A stretch of DNA of 64,000 nt from Chrysomallon squamiferum (GCA_012295275.1 CM022671.1:35588001-35652000); one strand, 5' to 3'; shown: positions 14,263 to 26,815, numbered from the stretch's first letter. Notes: a model not told the origin generated them from the letters alone. Numbers and translations are program-made.

Positions 14263-17200
14263 CTCAGTGAATGAAGTACTTTCTCTGTTTCTAGTGTAAA
14301 CAACTTGTTTATGAGTTATTAAGAGATTATAGTTTCATCAATAAAACACTCACTTGCCCCCTGTAGCTATCAGAAGAGAATCATACTTTAGTGAGCTTCC
14401 ATCTTTGAAAGTAACAGATTTGTTTTTAGTATCCACAGACACCACCTGAAACCAAACAGAAAACATTTTAATTTGATAAATATTAAAATACACAGCTACA
14501 GTACACACGTAATTTAGTGTGCAGAGTAAACACAGATGTAAAATTATACAAGAAATTAATCAAACAATGTTAATATAAAAATATGATGGTTTCAAAATTA
14601 CTCCCAAAGCACCTTCCTGTTGTACACACTTATGTATAAACACAGAAATAACATGCATTATTACACACATACACACAAACTTTTCATTAATGAAATTATC
14701 TTTTATATCTGAACTCACCTCTTTTTCTGTCATAATTTCAATATCACCAGATTTGTAAAATTCTGCATTTTTCAAAGCAATGTCTTCAGGTTTAGTTGTC
14801 ATGGCCTATAGAAATGATAATTTATAAACAAATTTATAATTCCTATTTCATGTAATCAGTTACTAAACAAATATTTAATAACACCCAAATATTTTTTATT
14901 TTAAAAGTAACAATTAGGCTTATATTTTCAAGATATCATTAAGATAGTAGATTTACAATGCTTGATGATATATATTAAGAAATATATATATGTATGTTAA
15001 TTAAATACCTCTTTTGGTGTTTTCTATCTGTTTCTTTGTTTATTTTTGTTAAAGTTTTTCATATTTTAAATTTTTTTCATATTTTAAATATTGATTTGTT
15101 GTCAGACTAATCTGAACAACCCACACATTTACCTTGCTCAGTTTTGTTCTGTCATATGGCAGCCATTTTTCCTGTGTTACCACAACAACCTTTCCAGTAA
15201 ATCCTTCCTGTCTAAGTGTTTGTGCACATGTAACAGCAGCAGCTCCTGTGACAAATAATAATAAATATAATAACAGTAATAAATATGACAATAATTAATT
15301 ACAATAATAATAATAATCTCATAAAATAAAATAAATATAAATATAAAAAATAAATAAATAATGAAATAAAAATAAAAATAAAATAAAAAATAAATAAAAA
15401 ATAATTAAATAACTAATAAAACTGCTTTAAATTATACTCAAAAAATAAGTAAACAAACTGTCCAAACAGTTATTAAAAGAACATTTTCTGAACATTTTAC
15501 TGACAAAGTAAAACTTTAATCAGAATGGTATATGAAATATTCAAACTATCTGAGATGATTTTAAAACTAAAGATGAATTAACTTGGCTATTATAATCTTT
15601 TATTATATTATTCTAAAATAAATTACAATTTAACTTTAATTAACTAAAATAATAATTTTAAAAATGATATATATATTCAACAGTAAGAAAAACAAAGATG
15701 GTAGAATGTTTTTTACCTCCTCCAATGAGAACAAATGTTTGTTTGTTGTTTGGTGAAGATTTTACCATTGGTTTCTCCAGTTTGTTTCCTGTAATGTTTG
15801 GATTGTCAGTGACAACTACCTTTCCATTCTTGATGCAAACCTGAAAAATATAAATTCAAAAATCAGAATAATGTTATCTGGAGACTTTCAGACATGTCTG
15901 TTACTGTAAATACATAGAAAAAATAAAATAAATAAAATAAATAAAATAAATAAATAAAAGATGATGATGATGATGATGATAGTGACAGTAATAGTAATAA
16001 TATAGAACTGGAAAATGAAGAAAGAAACTTTTGGGTATATAAGCAAAATGTTTGGATACTTTATTTAGATGATACTTTAAGTAGTATAATGTATTAAAAA
16101 TAACTTACCATGATTTTCAAACATAACCTGCAGACTCAAACAATAATTTAACAGCCCTAAAAGGAATTTCCAGCTCATCATAACAGTTTTCACTTTTTAT
16201 ATTTTGGATTAGATGTTTTTAAAAAAATGCAATCAAAATTGAACTTTGACCCACCTCAAACTTGGGGATGCTGTCCAGACCAGGGTAATCCTCAATGTCT
16301 CCTGTTTTCACATTAAAACAAGCTCCATGCCACGGGCACCGCACACGCCCGGAACACAACACACCTGATTAAAAAAAATGTCATATAAACTTTGGTTTTA
16401 ATGACACGATTCTTTAAAATTAATTTGTTCTTCTCTTTCTCTCAGTTAACCTTCTTTCACTCTTGTTTACTCTTTCTGTCCATCTCTTAAACTGAACTTT
16501 TTTCACCTCCGTACTGTTTTTCCCATTCTCACTTATTTTTTCTTTCTCTCAGAAATAGTTCTTTTAGCTGCAGTTTATTTTTTTTAAAATAAAATTATGT
16601 AATTTTCAGTGATTATAAATATATTTAAAAAAAAAAATTTAAAAATATATTTCTTGATATTTTTATTTTTAAATATGTTTATTTAAATTTGAAGAGTAAT
16701 TTATTTAATTTCCAAATTTTTATTTATTTATTTATTTTATGGAAAAAATAAAAGGAAAAAAAAAGTTTACCATTAGCTAGCGAAGCTCCATAGTGAGAAC
16801 ATTTTGGACCAACTGCATAATATTTTCCTTCTTCACGAACCAGCAGAACTTTTCTGTTTCCTACTTCTACCTCTTTCATCCTGTTGATAAAATAAAACAA
16901 AATAAAAATAAAATATATATATATATATATACAGATAGTATTACCAAATCAGTAAATAAAAAATCATACTTAAGGTTAATGATAATGAAAACAATTTCTA
17001 AATTTTAACAAAATAAAAAAAAAAAAAAAAATAATAAAATAAAATAAAATAATATAAAATAAAAACTGGAGAAAAAACCCCATTCCAAAATGATTTAATG
17101 AAAGAACTGGTAAAACAAATGAAAAAAGTAAATATTTAAAAAAAAAAATAATAATAATAATAAATAAATAATGTATTTTAAAAAAAAAATTAAAAATTCT

Positions 17201-17634
17201 TGTTTAAACTAGTGTAATAATTTAATATAGACTGATTCTCACTCTCCATCTTTGAGATCATTTTCTGAACACACTGTGTACTCGTTGGCTGACATGTTTT
17301 CTGTTGTTTGTGTTTCACTTTCTGGTGACTCTTCCCTCGGATACAGACTCACAATTTTAACTGATCGAGCTGAAACAAACAACAAAAAACAACTTTTGTT
17401 TACATCTGCATGTATGTACCTATGTGTTTATATCTCTGACAAAATGTTTTGTGGGAACTCATTTGCAGTGACTGTGAGAAAACAAAAACTTGTTTGAGGC
17501 TGTCAGTGTGTATCTTTGTGTTTGTATAAGCATGTTGTGTGTACAAACAGAGAAAAGGAATGATGAAGTATAAGACTGACATTGTTAAATATCAGTATAT
17601 TCATAAATTTTGTTTGTTAAGTACTACAGACAAA

Positions 17635-17679
<45 letters not shown>

Positions 17680-20480
17680 TAAATAATAGAAGCTTCACAC
17701 TGATAAACCTTTTTTCTTTAATACTGAAATTTTACTTTTACTGTACACCACATCTAGCACACTTTCAGAGAAATAAGTATGATTATTGGTCAGCTGTATT
17801 TGTTTAGCAGGTGAATACAAATAAGTACACTGATATAAACCTGTGATGATAATGCACGCTTCAAGGAAATTAAGATAATGGTGTACTGTTATTGATAACT
17901 GTGTTCTTTACAAAGCTAAAAGTAGTTATAATTAGTTTGTTTCAGTGTTAAATTTATGTATTTTTGTTTTGTCAGTAGAGTTGTTAGCAAAGCTAAATAA
18001 AACATATATTTATCTGTTACCTGTCTTAAGAACCCAGAGAAAATTAAGAGCTAATATACCATTCTGATGGATGTGACAATAGTGAATTTAACAAATGTGA
18101 ATAAAGGTAAGTATATAGGCGCTTATCACTTGTGACAATAATACATTTAACATGTGTGAACAAGGCTAAATATACTGGTTTATTGCCTACTGCAATATAT
18201 TTGGTCAGGTAAGTATGCTTATCAAATAATATATTTAACACATTTAAAAGAAAAAAGTTTACAAGTCTATTATTACCAGTGTGAATAAAATATTTAGCAC
18301 TTTTGATAAAAAGAATTAAGTTTATTATTATTTGTATTACGTATGACATGAGTATATTTAACATCTGTGAATAAATGTAATTTTACAGATTTTTATTTGT
18401 GATAGTTGTAAAAAAAATTAAATTGCTGAAGGCAAATATATTGTAGTTTATTACATGTCACAAAAGTATATTTATGAGAGCTGAATAAAGGTAAGTATAC
18501 TGCTTATTACCTGTGACACCTGAGTAAAATACGCTGGTTTGTCACCTTCGACTTAAGTATTTAGCACGTCTGAGAAAACTGTGTGTATTAGCGTGTTTGC
18601 CTTCAGGTATATGGTAATAAATATAACGTAATAAATTACATAACATGACATCAATATCTACTTAGTGTTTCCTTGAAATCAATCAATATTTAATCAAACT
18701 GAATGTATTAGTTCATTTCTAGCTCTCTGTGTCTGCGTGCGTGCGTGCGTGCGTGCGTGCTTGTGAGGATGAACATTTTTTTTAGTAACAATAAAATTTA
18801 AACTGTGTGCATTGTTGCTTTTATTGTTAGTGTTAAATATTCTTGTAATTATTTATTTGTTTATCTATTAACTGTTGTTATAACAACTGTACAGACAACA
18901 GTCATCAGTCAGGTGGAACATGAACTTCAATACGTAACGGAATTAAAAACTGGTCGTTCTGCTTTGATTACCTCCATTAATGGATGTACCCTTGTTTTAT
19001 TATCTTTATGACCACGCCATATCTTTCAGGGAACAAGAACTATAATCAAATAATCGTCAGATATGTAGTTCCATCTACATTAAATTCAGTTACCGTCTTT
19101 TCTCGTATTTCGGAGCTCCTAATCATGTTTACATTCGTATCGCCACATACTGTAGCATATACTAAAACCTATAATGCCTGGGCATGTTCATGTATACGGC
19201 CGTAACTACATTGAAGCAAACGAGGTAAATGTCTCATACCCAAATTGACGTCTTTTTAAAATATATATAGAAACGATATTCACTGAATTAGTTTGTTTAT
19301 GTCTACTGTTACCGTTTGAAGTCTACCGGCATGGCGTGCAATGAATGACGTAACTGACTTCAAAGACATCAATTTTTGCCTGATTTGAAAAATAGTAATC
19401 CTTCTATTACAAAATTTGCAAAATATACCTTGAAGTAATCAATAATTGCGCACCGTGTTTTGTAAAGCTAGTAAACATGCGCAAATCATATACGTCATAT
19501 TTTCAATAAACTGAGAAGGAACTTGTATGCATCTCGTTGTTTAAAAGTGTGACTAAAATCATAAACAGGTTAGTAAACGGTGAAATATATATATAAATTA
19601 TTTCTGTTGTTATAAAATTCATAAAACAGTTTTCATTAATATCAAATAATAGTAATGACTTCTAAAGCGGAAATTACCGAACGCGTACATAACTAATCGA
19701 TATAATTATCATTATGTTGCACATCACACGGTACTGATCCAAAATGTGTTTGCAAATCAGATTTGTAGTGAAGATTAATCACAAATTGTAGACTGGTCAA
19801 AGCACAGAGAAAAACTTTGCTAACAAGAGACAGACCTAAACTCCAAGAGTATATCATAGTAATACTAAATAAGTAAAATAACAATAACACCAATAATAAT
19901 ATAAAGAATATAACAAGGGTAGAAACTGCAATATTAACAATATTATTTTAGAACCATTTTCAAATTTCCGGTTCTTTAATCGGTTAAATACGGTAATCTG
20001 ATAACCTAATCATGATTCATCAAAAATCTTCAGACGTCAAAATGCAAACAAGAAGAAGTTCAGCACCAAATAAATAATATCAGAGTAACTGACAAATAAC
20101 TCACACTGAAACTGCGTTCAAACAAGTCCGAATAACCGTGGCCTAAGACAAATAATTTTCGACAAACTTTTTATAGCTCATACATTCGATGTTTACAAAT
20201 TACAGTGGCCGCCTTGTTATGAGCTCCGATGGTCACGTGACCTTGGAAAACTAGCAGTCCCGTTTAAACACGATTTACAAACACAAGCCTTAGCAGTCGT
20301 GACACAAGTTGAATTTCCTTATTTTCTTAAACTTATTACAGTTAAAATAATGTATATAACAGAAATAATTACAACTGATAATGAAAATAATAGGCCTAGT
20401 GCAGAAATATAAGTGCTTCCTAAATTTATGAACTAAACTGATGGTACAAATAAAAATATAAAATTAAAATAAAGTGAATT

Positions 20481-20518
<38 letters not shown>

Positions 20519-20648
20519 GAAAAACAAAATTAATTTTTTATAGCAGTTAACATACAAGTAAGTCGTGAATTAAGAAATAACTCGCTTATCGACGTAAACA
20601 TCCAAACGGGACTTTTCATTAATTAAAAAAAAATAATAATAATAATAA

Positions 20649-20684
<36 letters not shown>

Positions 20685-21161
20685 TCAGTGTTGAATTTGT
20701 GTACAGTTAATTAATTAACTGTTGAAGTCTGAAATGTATACGAAAAAAAAAGAAACCACAAAGAAGCTGTCATAGCAGGTGCAATTAATGTGACGTTCAC
20801 AAATGTCGCCGAATCACCAGAAAAGATGTAACTGGACAACAGATAGATATGCAAATAAAAATATAATGTTAAATACAAGAACATGCAGCATTTTATAACA
20901 AATAAAACGAATTACTTAACAAATTATTTTACCTTTAATAATCTTTTAAAGCGAACAGCCTAAAATCAATAATTACTTCGTATATATAAATTATTTACTT
21001 CTGAAAATTAAAATCCAAAAGTACTAAATATTAATCTCAGTCGTAACCATGATGATGACAGCAACAACAACAGTAACGAAGAGGACGTCGAAATTGATGA
21101 TTAAATCAGAAATAAATGTACCTGATTTCGAAGGACTGAATTTAGACTGCCGTTTTCCCAT
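6852..21161 (-). CDS. AIFM3: Apoptosis-inducing factor 3-like: Rieske [2Fe-2S] domain plus pyridine nucleotide-disulfide oxidoreductase
   Basis: Exons 21161-21122, 17369-17243, 16880-16771, 16364-16255, 15840-15717, 15245-15133, 14805-14719, 14445-14354, 13821-13691, [12793-12678 OR 11427-11309], 9583-9448, 9089-9013, 8750-8633, 8077-7979, 7733-7658, 7182-7078, 6885-6852 (TAG). Motifs: Rieske CSHYGA...CPWHG; FAD-binding VLIGGGAAA; PYDRTKLSK; LIATG; NAD(P)-binding VVILGSSFIG; FAAGD; QHWQMAHQHG; VPYFWTQQYGKSIRYAG. Confidence 0.94.
9607..9700. repeat. (AG)n microsatellite, representative of many (AG)n, (AC)n, (AAT)n, (AAC)n, (AGT)n and (ATGT)n tracts (e.g. 29455-29510, 30776-30850, 33339-33408, 34774-34889, 49028-49125, 56304-56384)
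   Basis: Directly visible simple repeats in introns and intergenic DNA. Confidence 0.98.
10980..11320 (-). repeat. Degenerate tandem repeat of about 43-45 bp (about 8 copies) starting at the donor of AIFM3 exon B
   Basis: Minus-strand consensus approximately GTTTATAAGAA(G/A)GTAGTATTT(C/G)T(G/A)TAGTTTT(A/G)TACATATTTTTA. The first copy includes the last 12 exon nt and the GT donor. Confidence 0.85.
11309..11427 (-). CDS. AIFM3: AIFM3 mutually exclusive exon B (GLEVAAFMTNAKANSITVIGRSSVPLQLVLGKQIGAVYKK)
   Basis: Acceptor aaacag|GA, donor AAG|gtagta; 119 nt, same phases as exon A, no stop codon, clearly homologous to exon A. Absent from the ORF track. Confidence 0.85.
12678..12793 (-). CDS. AIFM3: AIFM3 mutually exclusive exon A (GMEVASFLAGKALSVSVIDLIKIPFQLVLGDKVGSALRK)
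   Basis: Acceptor tttttctcag|GA, donor AAG|gtgatt; 116 nt, phase 1 to phase 0; continues the GSSFIG motif. Confidence 0.92.
18080..18580. repeat. Highly degenerate repeat region with units of about 55-60 bp in an AIFM3 5' intron
   Basis: Recurring blocks TGAATAAAGGTAAGTATA (about 18098 and 18483), GCTTAT(C/T)AC(T/C)TGTGACA and ATATTTAACA. Confidence 0.5.
19313..19500 (-). promoter_or_regulatory. Proximal AIFM3 promoter and short first exon (about 19355-19313) with a uORF
   Basis: Inr-like TCAGTT at 19357-19352 (minus strand), donor CG|gtaaca at 19313/19312, CRE-like TGACGTAA at about 19346, NRF1-like CATGCGCA at about 19477. ATG at 19332 spliced to 17369 gives MPVDFKRSIS*. The main start would then be ATG at 17295. 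Confidence 0.55.
20105..20242 (-). promoter_or_regulatory. Candidate TATA-containing alternative AIFM3 promoter and first exon
   Basis: TATAAAAA at 20175-20168 (minus strand), donor AGT|gtgagt at 20105/20104, perfect palindrome GGTCACGTGACC (E-box/CLEAR type) at 20231-20242. Confidence 0.45.
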
Positions 21162-22389
21162 TTTGCCGTCACAACTCCAGCGAGCGCTCAAGTTCACGAT
21201 TTCTTATGGCTGAAAAAGAAAGTTAAAGGAAAAACATTATTTTTTTATTTAAAAAAAAAAATAAATAAAATAAAATGAATAAATAAATAAATAATATAAT
21301 GCAAATTTTAAAAATGATGCAAAAAAGAAGAAGAAAAGTAATAAATAACAATAATCGTAATAAATATAAAAAAAACAAACCAAAGAACAATTTTATATTA
21401 ATAGTATTTTCACATCATATGTTGAAATCTGATGCATGGCGATGAAAAACAGAACTTTAAAAAAAAAAAAAAAAATTCAACGGGGAAGAGAAGTATATTT
21501 ACATGAGAAATGCTAATGCACATATTGTTTTCAGATAACATATAAATATTAAAATATTGGTTTAGTGAATGATTTAAAATGAATAATCGGCTCTTTGTCA
21601 TTATGTAAATAGTTCAAAACAGAATAGAAGTTATCTCTATCTGGTTCACTCATTCTTTCATTCTCTCTCGTTCATATTTATCTTTCGTCCTCTCTGTCTG
21701 AAACTCTTTCTCACTCACTCAGTCTCTTTCTCTCCCTCTCCTCAACTCATATAAATCAAACTTACATTTCTCACCTGATGCAATCATAAAACAATCTGTG
21801 TTTTTGGACTGACCCACCACATAATGTCTTACTGCAACCTTAACTCCACATCTAAATTATCAAAACTCTAGCTTATTCTATTTGGCAAATCACAACTAAA
21901 TATACAATATTGACGATGTCAACAATGTAATCCGTCACTGATTTTGTACATGTGTATAGCATGACATTTATTTACAGTCTATTCTTTTTAACTGACATCT
22001 TACAAGGCAATGATTATTAAAACGTTGTAGGCATTTTGTTGTGAACGAAAAACATTTTTTTTTTTTTTTTTCACCCACGTTTCCACACTTTCGATATATT
22101 GTAACTGATATATGCTCACTGATTTAAGATTGAAATGCTTGAAGTTACTGTTAAACGCAGGATGGATGATTATTTAATAACTACTTATTTAATGATGAGA
22201 GTTAAACCAGGCATATCGTGTTGGTATGGTGATGATGATACCTTAGTGACAAAAACACGCTGTCGGCGTTCATGGAATGCTGCTTATAATTCATAAAAAA
22301 AGAAAAAAAAGAAAATACATAAGGCTCCGGAGAAGACCATAAGTGAAGATTTCTGTACAATAGATAGTGATAGTGTATTTCAGGTCACG

Positions 22390-22431
<42 letters not shown>

Positions 22432-22819
22432 GCATACATTTATATATATTTATATACAGTTTTTACATAATTAATAAAACTAACTACAGTGAGCTAATAC
22501 ACTGTTAACTATCATATGACTTTTTTTTATTATATATCTGCACTAGCAGCAAAACAAGTAGTGTCAAAATATTCACAACAACTCTGCTGACTGGACTCAG
22601 ACCCTAACTACATTATTATCCCATTATGTCCTGCTTTGATTTTGAAACAATCAGCGCGGAATCAACGACATTTGATGGCTGATAGTGAGCTCCCCTTAGA
22701 TCAGTTTACTACCGCCACATTTAAATAGCGAGTCTGATATTTTCTGTATGACAATAAACTGTTATTAATGTTAGAGTCACCATCATCATCACCATCATCA
22801 TCATCACCGTCATTATAAC

Positions 22820-22871
<52 letters not shown>

Positions 22872-22878
22872 GTCTTAC

Positions 22879-23050
22879 CTGTTCTTGGAATGAAAGCTTG
22901 TGTTACGTAGTCACAAACATGTTTTGACAATTAGAACATCATCGGTTTGCGTGGAGAGTATGTCTACATGATTTATGAGTCAATCAACTGAAGCTTCTAC
23001 AGCGTCGCGCCAAAAGTTTTGTTACTCGTCAGACTAAAGATCCATAGCAA
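22879..23050 (-). other. Candidate distal non-coding first exon of AIFM3 (5' end approximate)
   Basis: Strong donor CAG|gtaaga at 22879/22878. The ATG-containing exon 21209-21122 has its own acceptor (ttctttttcag), so an upstream exon is required. Confidence 0.45.
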
Positions 23051-23170
23051 AAACGTGAGGACACAAAAATCAAATTAAAAAAAACTTTTCGTTTTTATTG
23101 ACATAATGTTAAACTTTTATTTTACATCATAATCACTGCAATTAATACATAATTTTAATAATAATAATAA

Positions 23171-23221
<51 letters not shown>

Positions 23222-23745
23222 CAGTAGTAGTAAAATATTAGTAACATCAATAATTTCTATTTTATCACGATTTCCTTCTTTTTCTTCTCTCTCGTTTTTT
23301 TTGCTGTATGTTTTTTTCATCTGTCTCTATCTGAATTTGTGTCTGAATGACTATTTATATACATAAATGTACGTAAGTAATCACATAATATTATATGCAT
23401 GTTTTTTGTATGTAATATAGTTATGTGTCGTATAAGTTTGTGTGTGAGGTCAACTGTATTGTACGTGCGCGCGCGCGTGCGTATGTGTGTGTGTATACAT
23501 ACATACATATATGTGTGTGTGTGCGCATATATATATATTTATTTATTTATTTATGACAATATTTTGGAACCAGACTGTATTGCTGATCTCATTTGATGCA
23601 GTGGTATCACCGGTTAAGCTGCATTTTCACTATACGATTCATTTTATCAGTTTAGCACACAGCTTTCTAAATTTCAGTTAGTAATTAACGATTCATCAAC
23701 ACAGTTAATATTACAGTATTAGCGTTTCATGATCACTACACAAAA

Positions 23746-23818
23746 GAGGAAATCCGCTGTCAGTTCATAAGCTGTTCTTTTCAGTTAATGGCAAGGGTTC
23801 TTTTATGTGCCCGATCTC
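23746..23818 (+). mobile_element. Degraded fragment of a short interspersed repeat (related fragments possibly at about 27385-27445, 49441-49500 and 57368-57432)
   Basis: GAGGAAATCCGCTG...GGCAAGGGTTCTTTTATGTGC resembles my recollection of an abundant gastropod interspersed repeat. Not verified by any search. Confidence 0.35.
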
Positions 23819-24437
23819 TTATATCGGAAAGTTCACATCCCGGTTTTTAATGAAGCTAGCTGCTGTACTTGATTTCTCTCCTCGTATCATTATTATACAC
23901 AAAACTCAAATAATGTTTAATGAAGAAGAAGAAAGAAAGAAAGAAAAAGGGTTTCTGACCTTAAACGTATCATTTATTTGTAATATTAATACTGTGTATA
24001 AGTAGTATGTTACAAGCTGTTATTGTAAGTTGTATGGTAAGAACGTGGCTTAATGTTGTAGTCACGTTATTTGCCTGGGGGCGTCTGCATACCATTTGTT
24101 AGTTAGACGCAATGAACAAAAATATAAATAATAAAATAAAATAAAAAATAGACACGAACTATGTTGCATTATTAATGAAATAAGTTAAACGTGTCAGATA
24201 TACATTTTTCTATTTGTATGTGTGTGTTTGTTTGTCTGTCGCTATCTCTTCTCTTTCACGTGATTTATTTATTCATTTTAAAGTATACTTGTCGTGATAT
24301 GGCAAAATATAACAGTTTAAATACTTTATTTATTTATTTATTTATTTATTATTGCCATTAAAGACGGTTGAATATATTCTGCAATTTGAATGTGCATAAA
24401 CACATGCTGTTTAATGCGTCTACATTTGCAATGCAGC

Positions 24438-25529
24438 TCACTGTTGTGAGCACAGCGTCAACGGCAGACACAGCAGAGGAGAGGACGTCTTAGGATTTCC
24501 CACGTACACTTGAAGTTCTTTTTTCAACACGTCTATAATAGCAGTACAGAATGTCGCAGCCTTTCTGTAAATTGGGTATTCTTTTATTTCTGTATCTCCT
24601 AGAATATTCCTGACATCAGCTAGACACTTGGGCGGCGGAAGTGACATGATTCTCTGTGAGCGGAAGTCAGAACTGTATTTCGGCAGAAGTTCGTCTGCTT
24701 CGCGGTGTCTGAATTTATTCACGTGAAAATAGCTCGACTCCTCGATTCTGATCACGTGACAGCTCGCTTCCACGCCACTGGGACAAACTTCAATGACTGA
24801 AGGGTGCTCAGTATCCGACAAGGACCACACCAACACCGCCATACCGACTGCACATCCGAAATCTTTATTCGTCAAAAGTGTAACAACGTCATCAAGACTT
24901 CTTGCTGACATCATCGCTCGCAACACGACCTGACTTGGTGTCTTCGTTACCGTTTGTCTAACTCTGACGTTATCCATGGCGGTTACGAGGCCGTGGTGAT
25001 TAAAAGATATCGTGTTTCCGGGTAGTTTTCCCGGATAACACAATCCTGTGAAGTATTCCTTTTCCTCCCCTCCGTCGTTTAGGACGTGAACATCTACCAT
25101 GTAACCGTACTGACAAACCGTAGAGTTAGCGTCCTCGTTGTGACCTATGATCTTCACGTCAGGTCTGTTTACAACGACTGTCGTGCAGCCCATACCGTCG
25201 TCACGAAGAGTTCTAGCATGACCGTTGACAACGTCTCTCTCCATGTTAAGTAAAAACACGCGCTCAAAGGGTAACCCGGCACCCAGAGCCGTTCCTTTAA
25301 TCTCGTCAACATACTGTGGGAAATTCTTCAGTGTTTCAGCGAGTGTCTGATCAAAAACAGCACGACCTTCTGGAGAATCGTAAAACGGGACGAGCACTCG
25401 TTGAACGTCTTCGCATTCGTTGACGTACAGCTTTATCTGTTTGGTGTACGTGTCACCCGCACTGTACCCTACGTCGTAATGACTTCCTCTGGCGTATAAC
25501 ATTGGTAGTGATGTGCCTGATTTGGCCAT
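24438..25529 (-). CDS. Peptidase C45 family Ntn hydrolase (Tan-like beta-alanyl-amine hydrolase / acyl-CoA:6-APA acyltransferase-like), 363 aa, uninterrupted CDS
   Basis: N-terminal GSHYDVGY, FPQYVDEIKG.A.GAG...F..N, autocleavage site G|CTT (Cys115, codon 25187-25185), IIGHNEDA, YPGKLPG...FNHHGL, YFHVN, SSDFR, LGD....YPIYR, TFCTAIID. A likely 5'UTR intron has its donor AAG|gtaaga at about 25709/25708. Confidence 0.9.
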   Translation of the reverse strand: MAKSGTSLPMLYARGSHYDVGYSAGDTYTKQIKLYVNECEDVQRVLVPFYDSPEGRAVFDQTLAETLKNFPQYVDEIKGTALGAGLPFERVFLLNMERDVVNGHARTLRDDGMGCTTVVVNRPDVKIIGHNEDANSTVCQYGYMVDVHVLNDGGEEKEYFTGLCYPGKLPGNTISFNHHGLVTAMDNVRVRQTVTKTPSQVVLRAMMSARSLDDVVTLLTNKDFGCAVGMAVLVWSLSDTEHPSVIEVCPSGVEASCHVIRIEESSYFHVNKFRHREADELLPKYSSDFRSQRIMSLPPPKCLADVRNILGDTEIKEYPIYRKAATFCTAIIDVLKKELQVYVGNPKTSSPLLCLPLTLCSQQ

Positions 25530-26631
25530 ACTGTTAACCTATTTTTATGTAATAAGAAAAAAAAAAAAAGAAAAAAAAAAATTTCAGTAAATGTTTATAT
25601 TTTCCGTATAGCCATATAAATTATAATGAAATAGTTTTTAAGATAGGTCATCAGTAAATGAATAGTATATTATAAGCTATAAATGTGAAATCTGTTTAGA
25701 AATCTTACCTTAAAATGATTTCGTTAACAGATATTCTAAATTAACCTGTTTAATTCTGAAATGGTTTCTCGAAGTTCATTTAATGGATAATTAGTTTATG
25801 GTTTTAGTAGTAGTAGTAGTAGTGATAGTAGTGTTAGTACTGCCAGTGGTGGTAGTAGTAGTAGTACTAGTGATAGTAGTGTTAGTACGTCTAGTGGTGG
25901 TAACTGTAGTAAACCTGCACAGATTCAACAAATCTCTATGTGTTAGATATTTTACAGGTGTGTGTGTGTGTGTGTTTGTGTTCATGTTTATGTGTTTTAA
26001 GGAGATAATGTTAATGCTGAAGAATTGTTACCCTTCCGTTCAAGTTAGCAAGAAATGTTGTGAATGGCAAATTGTTTCGCTCTATAAAGTGGTCACGTGA
26101 TATAACAGAATTTCAGATCTTTCGTTTTTTTTTCTTCCAATTTGTGGTATCTAATAACCGCTGATATTAAAATATTAAATGGACGTCGACTTTCAGTTTT
26201 GTTGATTACATATTTTGGCGTAATATGGTAAATAAAACATTCCTTTCGATTCTGAGATTAAATCGTGCTGTCTTATCTTTGTACTGTGGTCGACATTAGT
26301 TCAGTGAGAACAACCAACTGGCACTGGCAAAATACACACCAGTCTCTGGACGTACAGATCTACAGATAAACCAACAGAGTAAGCTGTACTCAAGTAAACC
26401 AGTTAAGTTGTAACGTTATTGGGTTTTTTTTTGTTTTTTGTTTTTTAATAGCATTTAACTGACAGTATATCTTTTGTTGTAACGAGTATTCAGGAAGAAG
26501 GAAAAGGGGAAAAAAAAAACAAAAAAAAAAACATGGACATTTTAAAATTTAAGTTTGAATATTACTGTGATGCATTTATTTATTTATAGATTTATTTATT
26601 TATTTATTTATTTATTATTACATTTTAGCCA

Positions 26632-26815
26632 ATGATGAAGGCCATAGTAATTATCTTAATCTGCTGCAGGTAGGACAAAATTATATTTATATTATTTTTA
26701 TCAAAAATACAAAATTTATTTTTTGTTAAGTATAAAGTTAATGTTAATTGTTGTCTACTTAACGTTATGTTATCACACACACACACTACATGAACACATT
26801 CCAACACACACACAC

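Noticed and set aside
22721-23681. Poly-Ile, poly-Leu, (CV)n and (HT)n ORFs here and throughout the ORF track (e.g. 25798-26100, 29847-30134, 36880-37202, 48191-48487, 53958-54240)
   Set aside because: Translations of microsatellites and AT-rich intron sequence, with no splice or homology support.
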